A stretch of DNA of 64,000 bases from contig JBAZKL010000001.1 of the NCBI GenBank assembly GCA_041650835.1, positions 440,185-504,184 of the forward strand, in the 5' to 3' direction. The notes under the pieces were generated by a model. The model had not been told where the DNA came from. It worked only from the letters and a program-made list of their open reading frames with translations, and did not search any database. A program made the translations under genes and the position numbers. Position 1 is the first letter of the stretch; each line of letters begins with the position of its first letter. This DNA is from Candidatus Omnitrophota bacterium (GTDB lineage Bacteria > Omnitrophota > Gorgyraeia > Gygaellales > Profunditerraquicolaceae). Below are positions 1-9,358 of this stretch, in pieces.

Positions 1-221
1 GCCAATAATCCGGAAGTCTTGCCGACATCCTGAAAAACGATCGTGATCGTGCCTTTTTCACGGTCGTAATCAGAGATAGTCAAAGGCACGCGTTCGCCCT
101 TTTCGTGAAGCTTGACCATCACGAATTGGCCGGCACGAGCTTTTGCGGCGATAGACGGCACATCTACCACAATACTATAGATCTTCGGGCCGAGGTTGAA
201 TTTCTCTAAGATTACGGGCAT
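1..221 (-). CDS. N-terminal part of an FAD/NAD(P)-binding oxidoreductase subunit of the PyrK / NfnA (sulfide dehydrogenase / ferredoxin-NADP reductase small subunit) family; the gene continues beyond the window start
   Basis: The reverse-strand ORF starts at the ATG at 221 and translates MPVILEKFNLGPKIYSIVVDVPSIAAKARAGQFVMVKLHEKGERVPLTISDYDREKGTITIVFQDVGKTSGLL. This resembles the FAD-binding beta-barrel N-terminus of PyrK/NfnA-type subunits. It starts 2 nt after the rex stop. Confidence 0.55.
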   Translation of the reverse strand, partial: MPVILEKFNLGPKIYSIVVDVPSIAAKARAGQFVMVKLHEKGERVPLTISDYDREKGTITIVFQDVGKTSGLL

Positions 222-222
222 A

Positions 223-861
223 TTATGAAAATCCTCTTTTTAATTTATAAACCAGGCTCTCCAATTCAGAAGCCATATCAACATTCGAAACATAAATATC
301 GGCAGGCAGCACCAGGTTAACCGGAGAAAAGTTCAATATCGATTTAATACCGCATTTTACCAATTCGTCGCTCACCCTTTGAGCGGATGCCGCGGAGACC
401 GAAAGCATCGCGATCTTAATTGCTTTCTGGGCGATGATTTCCCTGATCCGCGCGATATGCTCTATCTTAATGCCTTCCCTGGTCTTACCGATCTTCGCGG
501 GATCGTTATCAAAAGCAACGGCGATCTGTAAATTAAATTCCCGGAACCCCTTGTAACCCAAAAGCGCGCTCCCCAACCTCCCGATGCCCACCAGCGCGAT
601 CTTCCAAACCACATCCGTCCCTAATATCTTCTCGATCTCGCCTTTAAGGATATCGACATCATAACCTACTCCCCGGCGGCCGAATTCCCCGAAATACGAC
701 AGGTCCTTCCTTAATTGGACGGAAGAGATATTCAAAAAACGGGTGATATCCGCGGATGAAGCGACAGCCACTTTTTCCTGGCCAAGCCTGCGGAGGCTGC
801 GCAGATATAAACTCAAACGCCTTGCCGTTTCCTGGGGGATATATTTTTTTACTTCATTCAT
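223..861 (-). CDS. rex: Redox-sensing transcriptional repressor Rex
   Basis: 212 aa with an N-terminal winged-helix region (YIPQETARRLSLYLRSL) and a C-terminal Rossmann NADH-binding fold (ALVGIGRLGSAL). A Rex-box-like palindrome lies upstream. Confidence 0.9.
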   Translation of the reverse strand: MNEVKKYIPQETARRLSLYLRSLRRLGQEKVAVASSADITRFLNISSVQLRKDLSYFGEFGRRGVGYDVDILKGEIEKILGTDVVWKIALVGIGRLGSALLGYKGFREFNLQIAVAFDNDPAKIGKTREGIKIEHIARIREIIAQKAIKIAMLSVSAASAQRVSDELVKCGIKSILNFSPVNLVLPADIYVSNVDMASELESLVYKLKRGFS

Positions 862-870
862 AGCGCCACT

Positions 871-888
871 TTGTTACGTTTTTCACAA
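871..888. promoter_or_regulatory. Rex operator-like inverted repeat TTGTTAcgttttTCACAA upstream of rex (putative autoregulation)
   Basis: The sequence ttgttacgtttttcacaa matches the Rex box consensus TTGTGAnnnnnnTCACAA with one mismatch. It sits 10-27 nt upstream of the rex start. Confidence 0.5.
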
Positions 889-957
889 ACCAATAAAATA
901 TACCACCAAAGCGCGATCTTGTCAAATCCGCGGGAATTCCCTGCTCCGACAACCGCT

Positions 958-1917
958 CTATGCCTTGAATTCGGAAAGCTGCTTAATACGCTTAAGCATA
1001 TTCGGATGGGTACTCAAAAGCTCCATGAGCTTATCGCCAAAACCTAAAGTGACCTGTTTATTGCGTAACTGCTCCAATTCATGGGTATCAATGGTCCCGC
1101 TTTTATCCAGATCAAGCTGTTTTAATTCTTTTATTTCAGTTAATGCCCGGGATGGATCATTGACAAAGAAAGCCTTCAACCCTTCAACCTCCTTCAAAGA
1201 TTCCTTGTCGATACGGGCAGACCCATAGACGAGCTTATATAAGCTCGAGGCAAGCGCGGCGGGTTTATTCCCCAAAAGCATCGAGCCGCGGTCGGCGAAA
1301 TATTCCCTGATACGCGAGGCATATAATACCAGTAAATTAGTAATAAAATAAAAGAGCATCGCCACGATCCCGATCAAAACGGTATTGCCTCCCCGCTCAT
1401 TCCTGCGGCGGCCGTAAAAAAGGAAATTCCAGGCAATGCGATACATGATCATCGGGATGACCGAAAGGAGCGTAATGGTCAAAACGTCCCTGTTCTTTAA
1501 ATGGCTCAATTCATGGCCGAGCACCGCCTTTAATTCATCGTCATTGAGCAGCTGCATAATGCCTTCGGTAACGCAGACCCTGCCGTCTTTTATCGACCTG
1601 CCGAACGCGAACGCGTTCGGGATGCTTATTTGAGCGATGCCCACCTTCGGCATCGGGATCCGGGCCTGGTTACTTAAGCTTTCTACCATCTGAAATAAAC
1701 GGGGATTATCCTGGCGTTTAATATAGCGTATGTGCATCGTCCATTCGATGATCTTAGGCCCGACCAAATACTGAATAAACATCACCCCCAGGGATATCAC
1801 CAGGTAAAAGTAAAAATTAGACACCCCCATATACGAACCAACCATCACGATGACCGCGTAAATAATCGCGAAGAGCGCGACGATCAATAAATTCATTCTT
1901 AACTGAAGCAACCACAT
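958..1917 (-). CDS. htpX: Zinc metalloprotease HtpX (M48 family)
   Basis: HELSHLKNRD contains the HExxH motif. There are multiple TM helices and M48/HtpX-like architecture. Confidence 0.85.
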   Translation of the reverse strand: MWLLQLRMNLLIVALFAIIYAVIVMVGSYMGVSNFYFYLVISLGVMFIQYLVGPKIIEWTMHIRYIKRQDNPRLFQMVESLSNQARIPMPKVGIAQISIPNAFAFGRSIKDGRVCVTEGIMQLLNDDELKAVLGHELSHLKNRDVLTITLLSVIPMIMYRIAWNFLFYGRRRNERGGNTVLIGIVAMLFYFITNLLVLYASRIREYFADRGSMLLGNKPAALASSLYKLVYGSARIDKESLKEVEGLKAFFVNDPSRALTEIKELKQLDLDKSGTIDTHELEQLRNKQVTLGFGDKLMELLSTHPNMLKRIKQLSEFKA

Positions 1918-1944
1918 AGGAACCCCCTTCTCTGATTTAACCTG

Positions 1945-2394
1945 TTACTCATTAGTTGAAGCTGCTGATCCTGTATCAAGCTTGGCGCCGAAAACATCGG
2001 CCTTAACTATAAATCTCATGACCGGATTTTGCGCGTCATCGGTGTCAACGTAGACAAACTGGCGGACCGGCCCGTGATACCCCTTTGAATTAAATTTCAC
2101 ATTAAGCCACGTAGACTCACCCTTCTGCAATACATTTCTTCTTACCTCTGAAACCGTACATCCGCAGGATGAAGAAACATCTTTGATCTGTAAAGGCGCG
2201 CGACTGTCATTTTTGATCGTAAAATCATGCTCCACGACCTTACCTGCCTCCACCATGCCGAAATCCCAGATATTCTGCTCTTGGGCTTGCGCCTTTTGGG
2301 CGGGAGTATCGGGATCACCCGCAGGCTCAGAAAAACAACCGGACAAAGGAACCAGCAAGAACAAACCCGCCAATATCAAATGCCGCGTATTCAT
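1945..2394 (-). CDS. DUF1573-domain lipoprotein
   Basis: Signal peptide plus lipobox (LSGC). DFGMVEAGKVVEHDFTIKNDSRAPLQIKDVSSSCGCT is typical of the DUF1573 beta-sandwich domain. Confidence 0.6.
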   Translation of the reverse strand: MNTRHLILAGLFLLVPLSGCFSEPAGDPDTPAQKAQAQEQNIWDFGMVEAGKVVEHDFTIKNDSRAPLQIKDVSSSCGCTVSEVRRNVLQKGESTWLNVKFNSKGYHGPVRQFVYVDTDDAQNPVMRFIVKADVFGAKLDTGSAASTNE

Positions 2395-3572
2395 TATGCC
2401 CTCCAGATCAAATAAACCCCCAGGCCCAGGAAAAGGGCCACCATCGCCATTTTAACCGCTAAAAAATGCTTTTTAAAGAACCGGGCGAATTGCTCTGAGG
2501 TTGCGCCAAAAAGCGCGATCAAGAAAATAATACCTAACGGAACAACAAACATCAAATTATACAGCACCAGGTAAGTCAACGCCTCAAGTTTCAACTGCGT
2601 GCTTTTCAGGATAAAGGTGATGGTCGGTAAATACACCTGCCCCGTACATACCGCTTCCAATATCGACACCAGAAATCCCGTAACAAAGGTATTGACGGCT
2701 AAAGAGGCGAGCTTTATTTTTTCCGGCCCTCTATCTTCGGTTTTTTGCTTACGGTAACGCGCGCCGATAGCGGCATGTATCTTATTTTTCAAGCGTTCCG
2801 GCAGCTTTAGCGCAAGGCCGTCGGTGCTCAGGGTCCTTTTGTATTTCAGGAAATCTGAAAAAGCGAATACCCCCAGGATAAGACACATGAGCCCGATAGC
2901 GTAATTAATGACCTTAGTGGCCAGCCAGAATCCTTTCAAACGATAAAGAAACCCGAAAAGCCCCAGCCCGATCAAAAAATACGCCAAATACACCGCGGCG
3001 ATAAAAACCAGGCCGATAACCGACAATTCTCTTTTCCTATACCCCTGGAGTGAAAGATACGATATAAAGAAAATGATCACCGCGAAAGCGCACGGATTGA
3101 TACCGTCGATCAACCCCGCGCTTATAACGGCCCAGGGAGTGAACGAAAGAAAAAGCGCGACCAGGTCCTGCAGCGAATATTTACTTTCGCCGACAGGCGA
3201 GGCGCTTAAAGAACGCTCAATAAACTCAATGATCCCCGAACAGACCTCTTTCTCTCCACTCAGGAGATTCCCGTTCAAATAAACGATCGGCAACCCCAGC
3301 GATTTGGTTATCTTAAGCCTGCTCTTAAGGCTTGCCAGAAGCTTATACGTCTCAATATCTCCCATATCACGGTAAACAACAGTAAGCCGCCCTTTGAATT
3401 TTTCTTCAATTCCCGGCATACATTCCGCTTTTGCTTTTACGCAGGAATGACAGCTCGGAGAATGAAAGAAAATGAGCTCCGGGACACTTCCCGCCGGTTC
3501 ACCGGCGATAGAGATAATCGGCATACCAAACATACAAATAATACCGATAAATATATTTTTAAGTTTTCCCAT
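2394..3572 (-). CDS. Thioredoxin-fold domain fused to a DsbD/CcdA-type transmembrane thiol:disulfide electron-transfer domain
   Basis: The N-terminus has a signal peptide and CxxC (SPSCHSC). The C-terminal polytopic region carries GINPCAFAVI, which is typical of the DsbD_2/CcdA family. Confidence 0.7.
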   Translation of the reverse strand: MGKLKNIFIGIICMFGMPIISIAGEPAGSVPELIFFHSPSCHSCVKAKAECMPGIEEKFKGRLTVVYRDMGDIETYKLLASLKSRLKITKSLGLPIVYLNGNLLSGEKEVCSGIIEFIERSLSASPVGESKYSLQDLVALFLSFTPWAVISAGLIDGINPCAFAVIIFFISYLSLQGYRKRELSVIGLVFIAAVYLAYFLIGLGLFGFLYRLKGFWLATKVINYAIGLMCLILGVFAFSDFLKYKRTLSTDGLALKLPERLKNKIHAAIGARYRKQKTEDRGPEKIKLASLAVNTFVTGFLVSILEAVCTGQVYLPTITFILKSTQLKLEALTYLVLYNLMFVVPLGIIFLIALFGATSEQFARFFKKHFLAVKMAMVALFLGLGVYLIWRA

Positions 3573-3610
3573 GCCTTCCTTACAGGAATTTTTTATCAGG
3601 GTTGGTTTAT

Positions 3611-4108
3611 TTATACGGGGGAGATGCTCTGCATTTCAAAATTTGAAATAATCTTTAATATCTCTTTCTTGGTCTTTACTTTCTTGAGGTATTCAACAGT
3701 GAACTTATCCTTCACCAGCCGTGATATCTGGGCAAGGATCTTCAAATGGTTCCCGACATCGACTTCAGGAGAAGCCAGCACAAAGAATAAAAATGTTTTT
3801 TCACCGTCTAAAGCGCCGAAATCGACCCCCTCATCCCGCCGCGCGAAGGCAAGGATAAAATCTTTGACTTCCGCAGACTTCGTATGAGGGATAGCCACAC
3901 CGTTCCCAATACCGGTCGACCCCAGCTTTTCCCGCTTATAAAGCGCGTTCAAAAACACCTTTTTATCTTTTAGCCTGCCCGATTGAGCGATCAATTCAAC
4001 CAATTCACTCAATAATTTCTTCTTATTTTCCTCTTTGAGGTCAAGTTTAATGTATTTTTCTTTAAGAATACGTGATAAGCTTAATTCGCTTCTTTTCTTA
4101 ACGCCCAT
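3611..4108 (-). CDS. ptsN: PTS EIIA(Ntr)-type nitrogen regulatory protein PtsN (fructose-type IIA domain)
   Basis: 165 aa carrying the PTS_EIIA_2 signature around the phosphorylatable His (GIGNGVAIPH). Confidence 0.75.
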   Translation of the reverse strand: MGVKKRSELSLSRILKEKYIKLDLKEENKKKLLSELVELIAQSGRLKDKKVFLNALYKREKLGSTGIGNGVAIPHTKSAEVKDFILAFARRDEGVDFGALDGEKTFLFFVLASPEVDVGNHLKILAQISRLVKDKFTVEYLKKVKTKKEILKIISNFEMQSISPV

Positions 4109-4169
4109 CTTGAAGAGCTCCCGATCATATTAATAAAACAAAGGATTTATCTCTTAAGTTATTGTATAT

Positions 4170-4197
4170 ATTATACTTAAACGGCATAGCTTGTCAA
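4170..4197 (-). promoter_or_regulatory. Near-consensus sigma70 promoter (TTGACA-16-TATAAT) reading into ptsN
   Basis: The minus strand reads cTTGACAagctatgccgtttaagTATAATat, about 60 nt upstream of the ptsN ATG. Confidence 0.45.
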
Positions 4198-4250
4198 GTG
4201 TTTTCAAGATTTGAGGTTGCCGGTTACCGGCTTTCGATGGCCGCGAACTG

Positions 4251-6287
4251 TTAACCGCCGAGCACTTTCTCAGCCGCAGCTATGACTTCTTCAACAGTTA
4301 TGGCCTTCAAACAGGCAAACCCCTTCTTACAATAATGGGCCAGGCATTCAAAACACCCTGCCTCTTTATGTAAAACCTGATCTTTAGGCCCGAGCGGCCC
4401 CCAGCGCTTCGGGCCTAACCCCGGTTGGTTCCTTCCATAAATAACCACGACCGGCGTCTTGAGCGCCGCGGCAACATGCACCGGGCCGGAATCATTAGAA
4501 ATAAAAAGCCGGCAGCGCTGCAATACGACTGCCAGTTGGGCAACAGAGGTTTTCCCCGCCAGGTTCAACGCTTTATGGCGCATCTTTTTCATCACAGCTT
4601 CAGCGATTGCAGCGTCTTTGGCCCCTGCGACTATCAAAACAACAACATTATATTTATCAATTAACCTATCAGCCACCTGCGCGAAGCGCTCAGGCATCCA
4701 AAACTTTGAAATACAACTGGCAGCAGGATGGATCGCTATAAGGCCGGCGTTTTCTTTAACTCCATTCTGAACGAATAATTTACTTACCCAAACCTCTGCC
4801 TCCGGAGTTAAAGGCACATACAATCCGCTATGCCGCGGCACAACGCCGAGATACCTGACCAGATCAAGGTTGTATTCCATTTCATGCTTTTGCCCTGATT
4901 GTTTTGTATGCTCCAGCCGGTCGGTAAGCAGGAACCCCATTTTACGGTTATAGCCGAGGCGCTTTGGTATCCCGCTCAAATATGCCACCAGATGCGCCCT
5001 ATTGCTGGGATGCAGCACCACTACCAGGTCAAAGCGCAGCTTGCTTAATTGCCGCGCGAATAAGATCGTGCCGCGCCAGCTTTTTTGCAAATTATCTTTA
5101 TCATAAACAATGACTTTATCCAAATACGGATTACCATCGATTATATCTTTCGCGTGCGGGGCGACCATCATCGCCAAATACGCAGAAGGGAAGCCGTTCC
5201 TTAAAGCCTCGATAACCGGAGTCGAGAGCACCACATCCCCGATCTTATCGGTACGCACGACCAAAATGCGTTTAAACTCCTTACGCCCGGGAATTTCCCG
5301 CCGTTGCGCGGGAGCCCCGGACAGCACTTCCCTTACCGCCCTTACCACATCCTGGACCTTGATCAATTCCATACATTCAACCGTTCCATATAAACACTGC
5401 GCCTTCTGGCAGGGGCGGCAGGTGACCTCTTTTTTAACCACACGGTATTTTTCCGACCAGGGGCCGTACTTTATATCATCGCTGGCCCCAAAAAGCGCGA
5501 CGATAGGCTTATTTAAATAACTTGCCAATTGCAATGTGCCGGTATCGGCGGTTATCATTAAAGAGGCCTGTGTTATCAAATATACTAATTGGCTTAACGT
5601 GGTTGATCCCGAAAGATCGACGATCTTCCCCTTTGCCGGTGAGGGGCCGCCCGGGAAGCCCAAAGCTTGTTTTTTACTTCCTATAATTACAACAACATAT
5701 TCATTACTTAAAACCCGGCAAAGGCCCGCAATTTTTTCCAGCGGCCATTTCCTGTTCGCCCCTCCGGTTTCAGGGCTTATCAGGACAATCTTATCCCCGG
5801 GGATTATATAATGCTGTTTTAAAAGCCCCTGAACAAGCGCTTTATCTTCATCACCGGTAAAAAGCATTCCGGGCTGCGGCAAGACAAGCGGGCCGGGCTG
5901 TTTTAAAGCCCGTTGTAAACGGTAAAGGTGGCGGTCTTTGGCGCGTATCAACTCACGCGGCATGACCAGAAAAGGCGAGGTTTTATAGCGCGCCGGCAGA
6001 AGCGCGCCATACAGGGTATTACGCAAATCGATAACAATGTCAAAGCGCTCTTTTTTAAGCGCAAAGAATAAAGCTAATTTTACGCTCCAGGAAGAATATT
6101 TATCATAAATAATGAGGTTATCGATAAACGGATTCTGAGCAAAGATCTCTTTGGGCCGCGGGCCGACCATGACCGTAAGGCGCGCCCCGGGAAAACGCTG
6201 CCGCAGATGATCCAAAACAGGCAAAGTCAAAACGACATCGCCGAAATTACTTAAAGTAATGACCAGTATTTTTTGAACAGTTTCCAT
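4251..6287 (-). CDS. Tandem-duplicated glycosyltransferase family 9 protein (two heptosyltransferase-like GT9 domains in one 678-aa polypeptide)
   Basis: Two N-terminal GT9 signatures are present: KILVITLSNFGDVVLTLPVLDHLRQRF and RILVVRTDKIGDVVLSTPVIEALRNGF. Each is followed by a GT-B C-terminal half. Confidence 0.8.
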   Translation of the reverse strand: METVQKILVITLSNFGDVVLTLPVLDHLRQRFPGARLTVMVGPRPKEIFAQNPFIDNLIIYDKYSSWSVKLALFFALKKERFDIVIDLRNTLYGALLPARYKTSPFLVMPRELIRAKDRHLYRLQRALKQPGPLVLPQPGMLFTGDEDKALVQGLLKQHYIIPGDKIVLISPETGGANRKWPLEKIAGLCRVLSNEYVVVIIGSKKQALGFPGGPSPAKGKIVDLSGSTTLSQLVYLITQASLMITADTGTLQLASYLNKPIVALFGASDDIKYGPWSEKYRVVKKEVTCRPCQKAQCLYGTVECMELIKVQDVVRAVREVLSGAPAQRREIPGRKEFKRILVVRTDKIGDVVLSTPVIEALRNGFPSAYLAMMVAPHAKDIIDGNPYLDKVIVYDKDNLQKSWRGTILFARQLSKLRFDLVVVLHPSNRAHLVAYLSGIPKRLGYNRKMGFLLTDRLEHTKQSGQKHEMEYNLDLVRYLGVVPRHSGLYVPLTPEAEVWVSKLFVQNGVKENAGLIAIHPAASCISKFWMPERFAQVADRLIDKYNVVVLIVAGAKDAAIAEAVMKKMRHKALNLAGKTSVAQLAVVLQRCRLFISNDSGPVHVAAALKTPVVVIYGRNQPGLGPKRWGPLGPKDQVLHKEAGCFECLAHYCKKGFACLKAITVEEVIAAAEKVLGG

Positions 6288-6307
6288 AAGGTCAAGCCGC
6301 GAAAGGA

Positions 6308-7345
6308 TTATGCTTCAGCTTTGAATAAGCGTATCTGAGCTAAAACATCTTCGGGTTTAATCGCGTCCATACAACGGTTATTGCCGCAATCAACGCAATA
6401 ACAGGGGATCTGGCAGCCTGTTTTCTTCTGTATGATGACCACGTTATCTTGAGGGAACGGCCCGGTGATCAATGGATGAGTCGGGCCGAAAAGCCCGATT
6501 ATTTTCTTCGTGCCGACCGCGTTGGCAATATGGAGCGGCCCGGTATCGGCGCTGATAAACACGTCAAAGCGCTTGCACAAAGCGGCAAATTCTTTCAGGT
6601 CAAGCGCCCCGCAGGCAAAAATAACCTTTGTTTTCATAAGCGCCTGTATCTCATGCGCCAAAGAGATATCATCGTGGCTTCCGGTAATAATAATTTTAGC
6701 GCCGAATTCACGCGCCAGCGCGTCAGCCAGCAGCGCGTAATGCTCTTTGCGCCAACGCTTAGGCCCCCAATTGCCGCCCGGATTGATGCCGGCCACAAAA
6801 TCATTTTCAGTTACGGCATTTTTCCGCAGGAAGCCGTCAATAACCTCATGAGAGTAGGCCGGCAGGAAAAACTGGGTAAACCGGTCTTTCACCTTTAACC
6901 CGGAGCGTTCGATCAAATTTAAATAATAATCGATCCGGTGCACGGTATCCTGGGGAGCAGGCATAATATTCTTAGTCAAGAACAAACTGCGTTTTTGCGA
7001 ATAATAACCGATTCGAACCGGGATACCGGCAAGCCAGGTGATCAAAGCCCGGGTTAACGAACGATGTAAAAGAAAAACCATGTCGAACTTCATGCTCCGC
7101 AGCAGGAAAATAAATTTCAGCTTCGAGATAAAACTTTGATGCTCCTTACCTTCATCAAAAATGACGATCTGATCGATATACGGATTCCCCTCTAAAACCG
7201 GATAACAACGGCTCGGGATGACACAAGCGATAAAACTATCCGGATAATTATACTTAATATTACGGATCGTCGCTGTTGAGAACAAAACATCCCCTACCCA
7301 ATTCACATTAAAAATAAGTATACGCTCACTCGCGGAAGCAGACAT
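6308..7345 (-). CDS. Glycosyltransferase family 9 (LPS heptosyltransferase-like)
   Basis: ILIFNVNWVGDVLFSTATIRNIK is a GT9 N-terminal motif. The 345-aa GT-B fold fits a heptosyltransferase. Confidence 0.8.
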   Translation of the reverse strand: MSASASERILIFNVNWVGDVLFSTATIRNIKYNYPDSFIACVIPSRCYPVLEGNPYIDQIVIFDEGKEHQSFISKLKFIFLLRSMKFDMVFLLHRSLTRALITWLAGIPVRIGYYSQKRSLFLTKNIMPAPQDTVHRIDYYLNLIERSGLKVKDRFTQFFLPAYSHEVIDGFLRKNAVTENDFVAGINPGGNWGPKRWRKEHYALLADALAREFGAKIIITGSHDDISLAHEIQALMKTKVIFACGALDLKEFAALCKRFDVFISADTGPLHIANAVGTKKIIGLFGPTHPLITGPFPQDNVVIIQKKTGCQIPCYCVDCGNNRCMDAIKPEDVLAQIRLFKAEA

Positions 7346-7466
7346 CGGTACTCCTGGTTAATGAGATAGTAGAATAGTGGACTATAGCCTATAGTCCACA
7401 GTCAACGGTCGATGGTCCATAGACTATGGACTGTTGACCATCGGCTATGGACAATTCTCAATACTC
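7346..7466. repeat. Intergenic palindrome-rich repeat (GGACTATAG / CTATAGTCCA / GTCGATGGTCCATAG module family)
   Basis: The sequence tggactatagcctatagtccacagtcaacggtcgatggtccatagactatggactgttgaccatcggctatggac contains nested short inverted repeats. Related TAGTCCATAG / GTCGATAGTC modules recur at ~39811-39870, 40141-40170, 42941-42975 and 49791-49850. Confidence 0.7.
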
Positions 7467-8276
7467 TTACTTACCTTTATTCTTACCTTTTTTCTTACCT
7501 TTACTCTCCCGCATCATATTATAATAGCCGCTTGATTCAACCCAGAAAACGAATAAATTCGCGGCATTTTCCGATATCCTCAGCCGCTTAAACGCGAAAA
7601 GATCGTCATCGGCAAAGTCCCTGCCCGGATTGGTGGCTAACGCCATTGAATATCCCGCGTCAATCACGGCCTGCCTTACACCCGGATTAAACCCGCCGGC
7701 GGGATAACAAAAAGCATTCACCGGCCGTCCCAATTTCTCTTCCAGGACTTTCCGGGAACCAATAAGTTCTTTTTTCAGTTCTTCCGCAGATGTAACGTCA
7801 ATTAAATAAGGATGATTGAGCGTATGGCTGCCAAAGGAGATCAAGCCGGAATCCCGCATAATGCTCACCTGTTCCCACGTAAGCATACCGGGCCGGCCGA
7901 TCTCGTTGACAATGAGAAAGACCGTCGCGGGGAGACCGTATTTCTTTAAAACAGGGAACGCGACGGAATAATTGTCGAGGTAGCCGTCATCGAACGTAAG
8001 GGCAACGGTGCGCTCAGGCACAGGCTGCTTATCCCTGATGAGGCGCACGATCTCATCCAAAGGCACCACGTTATAATGATTGCGTTTTAAGAACTCCATT
8101 TGCCGGTCAAATGCTGCCGACGAAACGATCAATCTGTTTCCCTGAGGGACTTGCGGCTTGACCGAATGATACATAAGCACCGGCACAACATAATGATGCC
8201 GCAGGTAATTCACCGCGAAAACCGCCGCCACGGCAATGACCGCTAAGATTACAGCTCTTTTTTTATTTCTAAACAT
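7467..8276 (-). CDS. Polysaccharide deacetylase (NodB homology domain, CE4)
   Basis: LTFDDGYLDNY and HTLNHPYL are NodB motifs, and there is an N-terminal TM anchor. The start is trimmed to MFRNKK at 8276, because the longer ORF start overlaps the upstream GT gene. Confidence 0.8.
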   Translation of the reverse strand: MFRNKKRAVILAVIAVAAVFAVNYLRHHYVVPVLMYHSVKPQVPQGNRLIVSSAAFDRQMEFLKRNHYNVVPLDEIVRLIRDKQPVPERTVALTFDDGYLDNYSVAFPVLKKYGLPATVFLIVNEIGRPGMLTWEQVSIMRDSGLISFGSHTLNHPYLIDVTSAEELKKELIGSRKVLEEKLGRPVNAFCYPAGGFNPGVRQAVIDAGYSMALATNPGRDFADDDLFAFKRLRISENAANLFVFWVESSGYYNMMRESKGKKKGKNKGK

Positions 8277-9358
8277 TCCGCGTAAACCTCTTGAGTTTGG
8301 GCCGCCATCCGGCGGTGCGAAAAATCCTTCCTGATAAAAGCCTGGGCGCGCCGGGAAAAAAGCTGCCGCTTCCCGGCATCCTGAAGCAACGTTATTATAG
8401 CACACGCCAGCCCTTGCGGGTCCGCCGGTTCAACCAAAATACCGTTATAATCGTTTTGGATCAAACTTTTAATGCCGCCGACGTTAGAGCCGATGACCGG
8501 ACACCCCAAAGCCATAGCTTCCATCAAACCCAAGCCCAGCCCTTCATGAAGCGACGGCATTACAAACACATCCATGACCGACAAGAACCGTACTGTTTCA
8601 GGGACATTAGGAAGGAAAATAACCTTATCGCTGATCGCCAGTGAATCGGATAAACTCATAAGGTCTTTTTTGATCTTCCCTTCACCGATGATCAATAACC
8701 GGGCAGATGAGATCTTCTCGCTCACCTGCTTCATCGCTTCTATCAAATAGCGGTGCCCTTTTACCTCGGAAAGCCGCGCGAGTATCCCCACGATCAAACT
8801 ATTTGCTACCCCAAGCTCTTTCCTGGTTTGAAGGCAGGTTTGCTCGTCAGAACGGCTAAAGCGCTCCAGGTCGATACCGTTATGGATAAGCCTGATACGT
8901 TCAGGGGCGAGTTTAAGATCACCCGCGAGGTGATCGCGAACCTGAGCGCTGATCGCGATACACAAACGCCCCCAACAGGGCATAAGCATACGAAAAAGCC
9001 TCTTCTTGAAAAAACCATGGCACGTCGATACATAGGGCCGGCGGCAGCTCCAGGCAAGCAGGCAGCCGACAACCTGCGTGACACGGGTCTGCGCGTGAAT
9101 AATATCAATATCGTATTCTTTAACTTTCCGCGCTAATATCAAAAAAGTCCTTAAAACCTGGAGGCTTATTTCCTGTTTTGTGTTGATCGGCACGGGTATA
9201 TACTTGATCCCCGCTTTCTGAAAGCGCGGAAGAAGGTCTCCGGGGCCGGCGGCAATATAAACAGCGTGCCCCTTTTCCTTCATCGCTGCGGACAAGGTCA
9301 AAAGGTAGCTCGAAATGCCTCCGGTATTTAAATGAGTCGTAATATAAAGGATGTTCAT
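8249..9358 (-). CDS. Glycosyltransferase family 4 (GT1 group) protein
   Basis: MNILYITTHLNTGGISSYLL at the N-terminus and a C-terminal EGLGLGLMEAMALGCPVIGSNVGG motif, which is the GT4 retaining glycosyltransferase signature. Confidence 0.8.
   Translation of the reverse strand: MNILYITTHLNTGGISSYLLTLSAAMKEKGHAVYIAAGPGDLLPRFQKAGIKYIPVPINTKQEISLQVLRTFLILARKVKEYDIDIIHAQTRVTQVVGCLLAWSCRRPYVSTCHGFFKKRLFRMLMPCWGRLCIAISAQVRDHLAGDLKLAPERIRLIHNGIDLERFSRSDEQTCLQTRKELGVANSLIVGILARLSEVKGHRYLIEAMKQVSEKISSARLLIIGEGKIKKDLMSLSDSLAISDKVIFLPNVPETVRFLSVMDVFVMPSLHEGLGLGLMEAMALGCPVIGSNVGGIKSLIQNDYNGILVEPADPQGLACAIITLLQDAGKRQLFSRRAQAFIRKDFSHRRMAAQTQEVYAECLEIKKEL

Noticed and set aside
743-1228. Plus-strand ORF 743-1228 and many other 60-150-codon ORFs antisense to long genes (e.g. 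4425-4770, 5110-5811, 6449-6898, 8291-8644, 8753-9136, 17087-17440, 18524-18964, 34337-35011, 36647-37357, 56744-57151)
   Set aside because: They are fully embedded antisense to, or out of frame within, long ORFs that have clear protein-family signatures. They are low-complexity and lack start context, so they are typical shadow ORFs.
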